Part shown: positions 50,801 to 59,152 of the stretch, one piece after another
How positions within the stretch are numbered: position 1 is the first letter of the stretch
Layout: each line of letters starts with the position of its first letter
Source of the DNA: an uncultured Aquimarina sp.
GTDB taxonomy: Bacteria > Bacteroidota > Bacteroidia > Flavobacteriales > Flavobacteriaceae
Length of the DNA stretch: 64,000 nucleotides
Direction: 5' to 3'
Assembly (NCBI RefSeq): GCF_947496855.1
Contig: NZ_CANMED010000008.1
Coordinates: forward strand, 76,509-140,508
Notes under the pieces: model-generated
What the model saw: only the letters and a program-made list of their open reading frames with translations
Database searches by the model: none
What the model was told of the DNA's origin: nothing
Position numbers and translations under genes: made by a program

Positions 50801-51545
50801 TATGGGTAAATTCTGCTTTAGCAAACTCATAGCGTGTTCCCTGGGTATCCGTAATGATCCAATTGGTGATCTGATCCCCTAACAAGGTATAATCGATTTT
50901 GACTTCAGGGTTATCAATACAAAAAATTTGATATTTCCCATTTTCTATCACATCGTAGTTGATCCCAATGGTTCCCGATAGTCCATTAATAGAAAAACTA
51001 AAGGTATCTGCCTGGATATCGATATTGTTCATACTATAATTGGTTAATAAAGCATCAGCGGCATCCATCGCTTCTACGGTAGAAAAGGCTGTCATGTGCG
51101 CATTATTATATGCCGCATCAAGACCTGCTCGAGTGCCTGGATCGGTAATTTTAGCATAGGTTCCATCCGCTTGATCAGGAAGTCCATGTACCTGACGAGA
51201 AACTACCCCACCATAGTTTAGGTTCCACCCTAAACCAACCTTAGTAGCGAGTTGATTTACCTTAATCCCAGAAGCATCATAGGTCATACTAATCGGCATA
51301 CTGATACTATTCCCTTTGATCTCACAAATCGGAATCGAAATATTAGGAGTACCTGTATATTGGTTTAATGGAACATTCCCATATTTAATAAAAGCAGCTG
51401 CTTCTGGAGAGTTAGGAATCGTAACTGCTCTGGAAAGCTCTGCTGTATAATCAAATGCAGTAGTGCCTCCACCGTCATCGCCAGTCTGTGCATATCCCAA
51501 ACTTGTGATCAAAAAAAGTGTGAGAAATAATGAAATGTTTTTCAT
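47859..51545 (-). CDS. Large secreted protein, SpvB/TcB-like N-terminal region with C-terminal YD repeats (partner of the RHS protein)
   Basis: 1228 aa with a signal peptide. NQYTGTPNISIPICEI...PISMTYDASG...VGLGWNLNYGGVVSRQVHGLPD resembles the SpvB/TcB N-terminal pattern (from memory). The C-terminus is DPRGDTMYYEYDGFNRLSTVKDQYGNLISENEY. There is a 6-nt gap to the RHS gene. Confidence 0.65.
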   Translation of the reverse strand: MKNISLFLTLFLITSLGYAQTGDDGGGTTAFDYTAELSRAVTIPNSPEAAAFIKYGNVPLNQYTGTPNISIPICEIKGNSISMPISMTYDASGIKVNQLATKVGLGWNLNYGGVVSRQVHGLPDQADGTYAKITDPGTRAGLDAAYNNAHMTAFSTVEAMDAADALLTNYSMNNIDIQADTFSFSINGLSGTIGINYDVIENGKYQIFCIDNPEVKIDYTLLGDQITNWIITDTQGTRYEFAKAEFTHTSYSTQQNEYTAEYISSWYVTNIETADKEDTIVYYYGNGAYYAENQRLPLDHIVQFYQNVNSSVFTQEIVEQHKQTIYKIKQFNPTAIFHNGTLAVDFGSSLQREDLLGQSAITGINAYNTLGQTVKAFEFDYSYFVSESGSGIYPAGDKRLKLDAIRDIEVFQNQGTINTSPTTPKEKTHSFDYFNPTQLPHISSHYMDLWGYYNGGGAHITNVVGNRFLFNQQYGLSRLDYDFPGSDRTSKPEFAINGTLQKITYPTGGSTEFFFNGHSGPLEEQTNTNLQRYTTAVQGGSDNPIASTNDLNDCPNVDDVSYLNNLQNIANGEFTIDALNANKAIAFDATFNNYDPGNPLADNGVTFVCVYKSRIGTGQCETRPCPDLGLQPNGCSTSVSGDTYTICDDGEAPLTYCDIMTSNPATNPKIVYFSTTPDSDFILQLEEGDYRILLVNGNANTALNVQYDLLVEQEISRNNMVGGLRLVKTEDKPSENATDVLTKYYYYNTLPENGAITPDIIEGNYASSGVVHQKLFFSDVEIHSGLVRDGVNVPDVNLYKFYSNNLAPKAKYNIAYTNVSEIRFKNDQYQGHTVYSFYNEDDGVAVANRPYFPRYHLNGRLRAIIHYNDQRKIAQQSSQLYSQQTLSTTMPHNGVFLMPEAVAHQACKKKIYENGTYTISVSLADPIVGGCFGGGELGPYTKYFANKYRLTPVWTRLEAKTEKQFFEDQLIEQKTEYFYDNDTHKQMTRTQTTKNNGEIGISKMYYPQDRAALGTLPLNANKAIDVMIDTHRIGMPLQVEQYTKQGTENILLAKQRTDYKLWGTEKHVSPEFVYTSKGNATLEERMRYVDYDNLGHPLEVVQTLGSPVIFIWGYNDRYPIAKIDNATYTGMPTEVIDLIDQIKTISNAEDTASEEITMRSKFEDLRSHTFFANAEIISYTYNPQIGVTSITDPRGDTMYYEYDGFNRLSTVKDQYGNLISENEYNYKN

Positions 51546-51861
51546 AAAAAATACTATTTAATAATTGTTGCCTTACTTAATTTTTTAAATGGATTACCCA
51601 TCAATCTCTTAATGTGTTTAAGAATACTTCTGAGGTGAATTTTACTTTCCTACTTGTACGTGTCTTGGGAAAGAGAAATGTTACCTCTGTTTTTGATCTT
51701 TTTTTGTTTTTTTATTTCACAAAACAATGAAACATCAAAAAAAAGCGCACTAAAACACAAACAAATACTTAATCCAATACAGGAATTGTATTATATTTTA
51801 AAAAAAAAATCTGAAATAAAAAAGATCTACTGAGCTACTTCAGCAGGTGGACAGGTGTTCA

Positions 51862-51897
51862 AACATCCTCTCCCAACCTCTCCTTCAAAGGAGAGGA
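51862..51897. repeat. Hairpin repeat, family copy 1 (core CCTCTCC-TTCAAA-GGAGAGG)
   Basis: aacatcctctcccaacctctccttcaaaggagagga shares its first ~25 nt exactly with the copy at 52541. Confidence 0.8.
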
Positions 51898-51958
51898 TTA
51901 CAAACTATTGAAACAGGAACAATTTTTGATGCTTTTTTAACGTATTAACTTTTACATT

Positions 51959-52477
51959 ATGAAAAAATACTATTCAACATTCTTATTAGCTTTTGTCATT
52001 ATCTTGACATCCTCTTGTTCTAATAGCAATAAAGAACCTTATCAAATTCCTGAAAATTCTACTGAGCTTATTGCTGGAACATCAGGTAAAATCTGGAAAA
52101 TAGCAAAACGACATAATGATGGTACCAGAATGAATATGGCAGGTTGCTTTTTATCATATAGAACCACCTATAATCCCGATATGACGATGAAGGATAATAA
52201 TGGTGAACAACATGATTGCGGCCCATCTCTTATTGCTGTTTGGGAAATCACACAAAATAAAGAAGGACACTACTTCATCAAACTAAAAAGTGATCAACTG
52301 CCTAAAATGATGAATATAGAAAAAGATTATAAGTATTTTCAGATTACGTATCTCAATAAAGACAGCCTGCAATTACGCTATAGGCATGCTCAATTTTCTG
52401 GTCAGGTTCGCACGATTGTAGATCTATATGTGCAAGAAGATGTTGTTGTTAAAAACAGGGATTTTCATAATAGATGA
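51959..52477 (+). CDS. Small lipoprotein, unknown function
   Basis: 172 aa with lipobox ILTSSCSNS. Confidence 0.6.
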   Translation: MKKYYSTFLLAFVIILTSSCSNSNKEPYQIPENSTELIAGTSGKIWKIAKRHNDGTRMNMAGCFLSYRTTYNPDMTMKDNNGEQHDCGPSLIAVWEITQNKEGHYFIKLKSDQLPKMMNIEKDYKYFQITYLNKDSLQLRYRHAQFSGQVRTIVDLYVQEDVVVKNRDFHNR

Positions 52478-52540
52478 TGTTATTTAGTTATCAGCGTTGG
52501 TTCCAGTTATAGGAATAAACAGTTTCGATTTTCTTGTAAA

Positions 52541-52615
52541 AACATCCTCTCCCAACCTCTCCTTCTAAGGAGAGGAGCTAAGAAGTTACTCTTTTGAAAA
52601 CTTATATAGTATTCT
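52541..52615. repeat. Hairpin repeat, family copy 2, long form (~75 nt)
   Basis: aacatcctctcccaacctctccttctaaggagaggagctaagaagttactcttttgaaaacttatatagtattct is about 85% identical by eye to 53153..53223. Confidence 0.8.
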
Positions 52616-52806
52616 TGCTAAATTGATTATATGTAATTACAACTACAACACTTAGAATCAAAAACATTTCGGCTCCACTCAATATAACAGCGCAGTATCA
52701 GGATGTAAAAAAATTCTTGAAATAGACGATCCTCGAGGCAGAGCCATAGAGCTATTTCGCCGATTTCATTTTGGCCTTAGGACCAAAAACCAAAATTTAT
52801 TATTTT

Positions 52807-52843
52807 CCCCTCACCCCAGCCCTCTCCCCAAAAGGAGAGGGAG
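52807..52843. repeat. Hairpin repeat variant (CCCTCTCC-CCAAAA-GGAGAGGG)
   Basis: cccctcaccccagccctctccccaaaaggagagggag. It underlies the spurious ORF 52800..52985. Confidence 0.75.
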
Positions 52844-53062
52844 AAAACTGAAACCCCGAGGCACTGTGTCCGCCTATAGAGGAGAGCCTCGAGGAATTCT
52901 TCAGATTGAAATATTGATTTATAAAAAACAATAGTATTTGGTCATCTACGTTAGTACTAATAATAATAAGAAGAGTAAAAATCACACCTTCTAAGAAGGT
53001 GACTTTATAAAGCCCCTAAAAGGGGCAATGAGCAACATATAAAATTAGGTTCACATTAGGCC

Positions 53063-53095
53063 AGACCTGTCAGGTTTTGAAAACCTGACAGGTCT
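53063..53095. repeat. Perfect 14-bp stem hairpin
   Basis: agacctgtcaggtt-ttgaa-aacctgacaggtct. Confidence 0.8.
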
Positions 53096-53152
53096 AAAAC
53101 AGGCAAAGCCCCATAACCTGATCACCAGCTAAGCAGGTGGTTTTTTTATAAA

Positions 53153-53223
53153 AATATCCTCACCCAACCTTTCCTTCTAAGGAGAGAAACTAAGAAGTTA
53201 CTGGAAAAATCATATAGTATTCT
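53153..53223. repeat. Hairpin repeat, family copy 3, long form
   Basis: aatatcctcacccaacctttccttctaaggagagaaactaagaagttactggaaaaatcatatagtattct. Confidence 0.8.
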
Positions 53224-53273
53224 AAGAGGAAGATATAAAGAAATTTGGCATAATTGAACCGTTATAAACTACC

Positions 53274-54710
53274 CTAAACTACTTCTAAAATCATCTTCTC
53301 AAAACTATCTTTACCAGCGTCACATAATGCACATTGATAGGTTTCTGGTAAATCTACAAACTCAGTTCCTGCAGGAATACCTGATACAAGATCGCCTATA
53401 GATGGATCATATATCGTTTGGCAATCCTTACATTGAAATACTTCGATCTCCGTTTTCTCATTTTTAGCAGGAATTCCTGCAAAACTTTCTTCGTCTCCTT
53501 CTCCCAAATTCTGGAAATAAGCTTTTGTCAATTCTAATAATATTGCGGGCAAATCCATTTGGTCTATATCTTGCGCATATACAATATAATTTCGTGTATT
53601 AGGGTCGAATTTCTGAGCATACAGAACATTATAGGTGGGTCTTATAACAAAATCTTTTATAGCCTCTGGTGTTTTGTTTTCTTCTATAACAACCGACGTG
53701 AAATATCTTTTTTGATTGCGATTGATACTTATGGTAAACGTCATACCATAGGTACTTATATCATTTTGATCAAAATTCATGACCAAGAATTTTTTCAGAT
53801 CCAGTGCCTTCTGATTAGCTACCGGCAAATGCCAATTTAACTCTAATGCAGAATGACGTACATTAATCCCTAACTGCCCCAAGAGTTTTTCCAGAGGTAA
53901 TTTACATTCCTTCGGAATTCCTTTTATTATAAAAGATTTCCAAGGGGTTAAACACATTTTACCTATTCGATATTCTATACAAAACTCACAAAGTGCCTTA
54001 AGAAATTTTAGATCATATTGATTATTTCTCCAATACAGTCCTAACCAATATTGATTGATTCCCATTTTATTCATTCCTTCATAATACGGAAATGGCTTAA
54101 AACTAACACTTAGTGGCTTTTCTACAACTCGATTATTAGTATCAATACTCTCATTGAGAAACTGAAAAAGCTCATCAACATTATTTACTTTTTGATATAT
54201 TTTTTCGATTTCCTGAGCTACTTTTGCGATATCCCAAGTAAATATTAAAACCGGGTAAAACACTTCTTCCCAGCCTGGTAATTTTAAGAATAAGTACCAA
54301 TAATCTTCATTTGCAGAGGCAATAAAATTAAGATCTCCCGAGAATAATGACACCATTTGCTGTTGGGGATCTGATATATTAATTTTCAGCTTAGGTTTAT
54401 ACCTAAATTGCTCAAGAATGTATAAATATGTTGTACCACGCAACCAAACAGTAGAATTAAAAATATCTATAGAAACGTAAGAGCAACTTATATTCTGTTC
54501 CGTCTCCGGAGCAAAAAAGTCAGTATTGAATGATTCATGTTCAGTGACCAAATTCCCCTTAGCATCTTTAGATGGAAATATGATATCCTGTCTGGATCCA
54601 AAATGGAAAGTTTCTAACCCTAGATCCTCTGCATACCTAATGATTCGTTGCAATTCACTAGGTGATAAAATCCCCCCTTTGATATTTACTCTATGCATAA
54701 ATTCTTCCAT
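53274..54710 (-). CDS. Nitrite/sulfite-reductase-like protein fused to a C-terminal rubredoxin domain
   Basis: 478 aa. The N-terminus MHRVNIKGGILSPSELQRIIRYAEDLGLETFHFGSRQDIIF looks like a NiR/SiR ferredoxin-like half domain. The C-terminus FQCKDCQTIYDP...YQCALCDAGKDSF is rubredoxin (two CxxC pairs). There is a 2-nt gap from nasA. Confidence 0.7.
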   Translation of the reverse strand: MEEFMHRVNIKGGILSPSELQRIIRYAEDLGLETFHFGSRQDIIFPSKDAKGNLVTEHESFNTDFFAPETEQNISCSYVSIDIFNSTVWLRGTTYLYILEQFRYKPKLKINISDPQQQMVSLFSGDLNFIASANEDYWYLFLKLPGWEEVFYPVLIFTWDIAKVAQEIEKIYQKVNNVDELFQFLNESIDTNNRVVEKPLSVSFKPFPYYEGMNKMGINQYWLGLYWRNNQYDLKFLKALCEFCIEYRIGKMCLTPWKSFIIKGIPKECKLPLEKLLGQLGINVRHSALELNWHLPVANQKALDLKKFLVMNFDQNDISTYGMTFTISINRNQKRYFTSVVIEENKTPEAIKDFVIRPTYNVLYAQKFDPNTRNYIVYAQDIDQMDLPAILLELTKAYFQNLGEGDEESFAGIPAKNEKTEIEVFQCKDCQTIYDPSIGDLVSGIPAGTEFVDLPETYQCALCDAGKDSFEKMILEVV

Positions 54711-54712
54711 AC

Positions 54713-57700
54713 CTAAGCTAATTGCAATACTTTATTAAATACTTCTTTTACTTCGGGCTTACAACTACCACAACCTAATCCTGCTCCTGTTTTAACACAC
54801 AACTCTGAGAAATCTTCACAGCCAGATTTTATCGCTTCTTCTAGATTACCCTCACCCACCTGACTGCAAGAACAAATCAGTTTACCAAGCACAGGTTCAT
54901 CGGGTTGTGATGACCTAAGTAATTCTTCTCTTTTTTCTGATAATTCTATTTTCTCCTCGATCAACCTTTTAAAATCTGCAAACTCGCTCTTATCACCCAT
55001 CAAAATTGCTCCTACCAACCAATCGTTTTTAACAATACATCTCTTATAAAATCTCTTACCTACGTCCATGAAAACAACTTCTTCATAGGTGGGATCATCT
55101 TTTGGCATATCAATATTACCAATACTGCATAAATCCAAATCCTCAAATTTCAGGATATTCATAAATACAGAACCTCTATAAATCGCACTAAAATCTCCTA
55201 AAAGATACTTCGCTACTACATCAGCTTGTTGTTCTGCTGCAGCTGTAATTCCGAATAAATTACCTTCAAATTCAGCAATCTCTCCTACTGCAAAAATATC
55301 TGGATCACTAGATTGTAAATATTGATTTACTACAATTCCTCGACGACAATTGACACTTTCAGCTTTGGCTAAATCAATATTAGGAATGGTACCAATAGAA
55401 TAAACAACGGCATTACAGCTAAATGATTTTCCTGATTTCAGGTTTACTAACAATGATCCAGAATCCTGATTAAATACTGTATCCACTTCATTATCAAAAT
55501 GGATTTGTATTCCTTTTTCGCGTACATCCTCTGCTAACAAACGACTGGCTACAATGTCTAATTGACGTTCCATCAATCGATTTCCTCGCTGTATAATGGT
55601 AATTTTCACTTCCTTTTTACGCAGTGCTGCTGCCAGTTCCAGACCTAATAATCCACCTCCTACAATAGTTACATGTTGTTTATTTTCGGGCAAACCGGTA
55701 TCATCGAGATATGTCTTTAGTTTATCTGCATCACTACGGTCCCTCATGGTAAATCTTCCTGGCAAATGAATCGGCACCTCTTTTGGTACAAAAGCTCGAC
55801 TACCTGTAGCCATTAGCACCACATCATACTGATGTTTTTTTCCTTTACTATCGATAAGATACTTTTCTTCTCTATTAATCTTAGCAATTGGATTGCTTGT
55901 AGACAAGGTTACATTAAGAGATTCCATGCTGCCTTCTCGCATCTTTTGTAATTGCTCCCAAGTAAGTTCTTCACTCACATATTCTGGCAGTAAAACACGG
56001 TTATAAAAAGGATACGGTTCTTTAGAAAACACAGTAATCTCATCTTCCATATTATGCTCTCTATACGTTTGTATAAAACGATATGCAGCAGTACCTGCAC
56101 CAATGATACAAATCTTCTGTTTTTCTTTTACAAATTTTGAAACCTGTACTGCAGAAAACTTAAAATCAGGTTCTTTGGAAACGGGATCAACAATACTAGT
56201 TGTTAGATTATTAGCTCTTCCATAATCATTACCTAACACTTTACCCCAATGCATTGGCAGGAATACTACTCCCTTACGGATAGTATTGCTAACCTTTACC
56301 TTTACCTGTACTTTTCCTCGCTTACTTTCTACCACAGCAATATCACCATCTTTCATCTTTCTGAGAAAAGCATCTACTTGGTTCATTTCTAAGAAAGGAT
56401 GTGGAATATGCGTTAATAACCTATTTACCTTTCCCGTTTTGGTTCTGGTATGCCATTGATCACGAACTCTACCAGTCGTTAAAATTAATGGATGCCTCTC
56501 TGTTAATAATTCTGAAGTTGGTTTGGTAAACCTTGGAACTATAAACTTTGCGTTACCAGTATCTGTATAAAAACGTTTATCCTCAAATAAGCGTGCAGTT
56601 CCCGAATGATTGCTTTCTGGTACTGGCCACTGAAAACTACCTTCATTTTTTAATCGTTCATAATTTAAACCAGCAATATCAATATTTGTATTTTTAGTCA
56701 ATCGACAATGTTCTTTGTACACCTCTTCTACAGATGAGTAATCAAATCCCCTGTATCCCATTCTTTGTGCAAATTTCCAAAGTATTTCTGAATCAGATAA
56801 TGCTTCTCCAGGAGGATCAACCACCTTATTCAAATACGTAATACGTCTTTCGCTATTAGTCATTGTACCTTCTTTTTCTGCCCAACCAGCAGCAGGCAAA
56901 ACTAAATCGGCATACTCTAAGGTCTCGGAACGATGAGAAATATCCTGGACCACAACAAACTTGGCATTTTGTAAAGCTTTTTCTACCTTATTAGCATTAG
57001 GGAGACTTACTAAAGGATTTGTACAAATAATCCATACTGCTTTTAGTTTTCCACTTTCTAGAGCCTCAAACATCTCTGTAGCTGTCAATCCTGGTTTCTC
57101 AGAGATTTCTTTACCTCCCCAAAAATTAGCGACTTCTGTTCTATGTTCTTTATTACTTAAATCTTTATGGGCTGCCAGTAAGTTAGCCATTCCTCCTACT
57201 TCTCTTCCTCCCATCGCATTAGGTTGTCCTGTCAATGAAAAGGGACCAGATCCAGGTTTTCCGATATGCCCCGTAAGTAAGGATAGATTTAAAAGCGCAT
57301 TATTTTTGTTTACTCCTATAGAACTTTGGTTTAACCCCATCGCCCAAAGCGTTATAAATCCTTTAGCATTACTTATATATGAAGCGGCTTTCTTAATATC
57401 AGCAACAGTTATTCCACATACTTTTGCAGCTTCTGTTAATGAAGTGGATTGCAAAGACTCTTTTAACGATTCATAATTATCTGTGTGGTTTGCTATAAAA
57501 CTCTTATCGATTTTTCTTCGATCAATTAGTCGCTTAGCAATTGCATTAAACAATACCACATCTGTGCCTGGTATAATTTGTAAATGTAAATCTGCAATAT
57601 CACAGGATTGCGTTTTTCTTGGATCAACTACAATGATTTTGGTATCTGGATTTTGTTCTTTATGTGCTTCAATTCTTCTATATAAAATAGGGTGACACCA

Positions 57701-58234
57701 TGCAGGATTAGCTCCCGCAATCATAAAGCAATCTGCTAATTCTATATCATCATACGCAATCGGCACGCTATCTTCTCCTAACGCTTGTTTGTATCCCACA
57801 ACTGCAGAACTCATACATAATCTAGAGTTGGTATCTACATTATTAGTACCAATAAATCCTTTGGTCAGTTTGTTTACCAGGTAATACTCTTCAGTAAGAC
57901 ATTGTCCTGAGACATAAAACCCGACACTATCCGGTCCATATTTATCAATAATGGTATTAAAAACTGCCGTTGCACGGTCAAAAGCCTGATCCCAAGATAT
58001 CCGTTGACGTTCATGTCCTTTACTCCACCTCATCTCTGGGTATAAAACCCTATCACTCTTATCCTGAACTACATGGTGTAAATTCATCCCTTTAGAACAT
58101 AACATTCCTTTATTCACAGGATGATCAGGATCTCCCTCTACAGTAATCACTCCTTTAGCATCTTTTTTAGCTATTATTCCACAACCAACACCACAATATG
58201 AACATGTAGTTTTATAAGATTTAAATGCCGTCAT
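54713..58234 (-). CDS. nasA: Assimilatory nitrate reductase (molybdopterin oxidoreductase) fused to an NAD(P)H/FAD oxidoreductase and a BFD-like [2Fe-2S] module
   Basis: 1173 aa. The N-terminus has a 4Fe-4S motif, CSYCGVGCG. A Rossmann motif ICIIGAGTAAY lies at about residue 710, with a second one, VTIVGGGLLGLE. The C-terminal Cys cluster is ICSCSQVG...GCGSCKPEV. Confidence 0.9.
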   Translation of the reverse strand: MTAFKSYKTTCSYCGVGCGIIAKKDAKGVITVEGDPDHPVNKGMLCSKGMNLHHVVQDKSDRVLYPEMRWSKGHERQRISWDQAFDRATAVFNTIIDKYGPDSVGFYVSGQCLTEEYYLVNKLTKGFIGTNNVDTNSRLCMSSAVVGYKQALGEDSVPIAYDDIELADCFMIAGANPAWCHPILYRRIEAHKEQNPDTKIIVVDPRKTQSCDIADLHLQIIPGTDVVLFNAIAKRLIDRRKIDKSFIANHTDNYESLKESLQSTSLTEAAKVCGITVADIKKAASYISNAKGFITLWAMGLNQSSIGVNKNNALLNLSLLTGHIGKPGSGPFSLTGQPNAMGGREVGGMANLLAAHKDLSNKEHRTEVANFWGGKEISEKPGLTATEMFEALESGKLKAVWIICTNPLVSLPNANKVEKALQNAKFVVVQDISHRSETLEYADLVLPAAGWAEKEGTMTNSERRITYLNKVVDPPGEALSDSEILWKFAQRMGYRGFDYSSVEEVYKEHCRLTKNTNIDIAGLNYERLKNEGSFQWPVPESNHSGTARLFEDKRFYTDTGNAKFIVPRFTKPTSELLTERHPLILTTGRVRDQWHTRTKTGKVNRLLTHIPHPFLEMNQVDAFLRKMKDGDIAVVESKRGKVQVKVKVSNTIRKGVVFLPMHWGKVLGNDYGRANNLTTSIVDPVSKEPDFKFSAVQVSKFVKEKQKICIIGAGTAAYRFIQTYREHNMEDEITVFSKEPYPFYNRVLLPEYVSEELTWEQLQKMREGSMESLNVTLSTSNPIAKINREEKYLIDSKGKKHQYDVVLMATGSRAFVPKEVPIHLPGRFTMRDRSDADKLKTYLDDTGLPENKQHVTIVGGGLLGLELAAALRKKEVKITIIQRGNRLMERQLDIVASRLLAEDVREKGIQIHFDNEVDTVFNQDSGSLLVNLKSGKSFSCNAVVYSIGTIPNIDLAKAESVNCRRGIVVNQYLQSSDPDIFAVGEIAEFEGNLFGITAAAEQQADVVAKYLLGDFSAIYRGSVFMNILKFEDLDLCSIGNIDMPKDDPTYEEVVFMDVGKRFYKRCIVKNDWLVGAILMGDKSEFADFKRLIEEKIELSEKREELLRSSQPDEPVLGKLICSCSQVGEGNLEEAIKSGCEDFSELCVKTGAGLGCGSCKPEVKEVFNKVLQLA

Positions 58235-58419
58235 ATATCAATTTAAAAATACTCAAGTTTACTCCCAAAACTAAGTATTAATACGTATTAAACATAACTT
58301 AAACATCCTTTTCTCTTGTAGATTGGAAAGAATTACGAATTCGATAAAATATCCATAGTTAAAAAATGATTGTAGGATTATAGGACTATAACTTTTATTA
58401 ACTTACATAAACAAAAAAA

Positions 58420-58445
58420 GCCGGTTACGACTTCTCGTAACCGGC
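58420..58445 (-). terminator. Rho-independent terminator after the small-paralog pair
   Basis: gccggttacga-cttc-tcgtaaccggc forms an 11-bp stem. An A7 run on the plus strand gives a U-run on the minus transcript. Confidence 0.8.
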
Positions 58446-58733
58446 AACACAAGAAACACTTAAAGCTACTAGTCTTTAAGGTTTCAAACACTAAATTATT
58501 TAGAATAAATCCTATATATTTTTATAAATACCAATGTAAATATTGTCTCATAAAATGAGTATAAGTAATTTGTTTCTAGAAAGTATGATTCGTTCTTTAA
58601 TGAGTTTAAAAAACCATAACTAAAGAAATAAGCTCTGTTTGCGCAAATATTGGACTAAATATACCAATATTCCACAAACAGAGCTTATAACTTATTCCTT
58701 TTTGGAAAAATTTATGAACTATAACGTTACAGC

Positions 58734-59060
58734 TTAAGCAGCCTTTTCAATTTTTCTCAATAAACCGATTTCTATATACTCTTTTATCTTATCCGCTTTT
58801 TTAATTTTTCCCGTATCAATAGGTAACCATCCATCAACTTTAATCATATCGTTAGGATTACTACTAAAAAACATTTCATACTCATACGCATCGGAGTTAT
58901 TATTTACTCCATATGACTCTGGACTATTTTTAACCTTATTTGTGATTCGTTTTTTTACAATTTCGATTTTAGATGCAAAATTCAGGTTACCAGTATCTCC
59001 ATTTACTTCCACTTCTAAAAACTCTGTAATAGCTTCGGTGATTAATTCATTTACTTTCAT
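58734..59060 (-). CDS. Small acidic protein of unknown function, paralog B
   Basis: 108 aa, roughly 75% identical by eye to the 59153..59482 product (shared ITEFL.VEV..DTGNL.F.SKIEIVKKRITNKVKNSP..YG...YEYEMFFSSNPNDMIK.DGW.PIDT). Confidence 0.6.
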   Translation of the reverse strand: MKVNELITEAITEFLEVEVNGDTGNLNFASKIEIVKKRITNKVKNSPESYGVNNNSDAYEYEMFFSSNPNDMIKVDGWLPIDTGKIKKADKIKEYIEIGLLRKIEKAA

Positions 59061-59152
59061 AATTCATTTTATTTTTGGGTTCATATTTTATCAACTAAAT
59101 AAATTGGTTAAACAAACCATGTTATTAACTAAAAATCAATAACTAATGTTTG

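Noticed and set aside
52800-52985. 61-aa ORF (…SPSPFGERAGVRGK)
   Set aside because: Its C-terminus is a translation of the hairpin repeat at 52807..52843. It lies in a repeat-filled convergent intergenic region and is spurious.
51862-53223. Repeated hairpins as a possible CRISPR array
   Set aside because: The copies are not identical, the spacing is irregular (about 680 and 610 nt, with a gene in between), the repeats differ in length, and there are no cas genes in the window.
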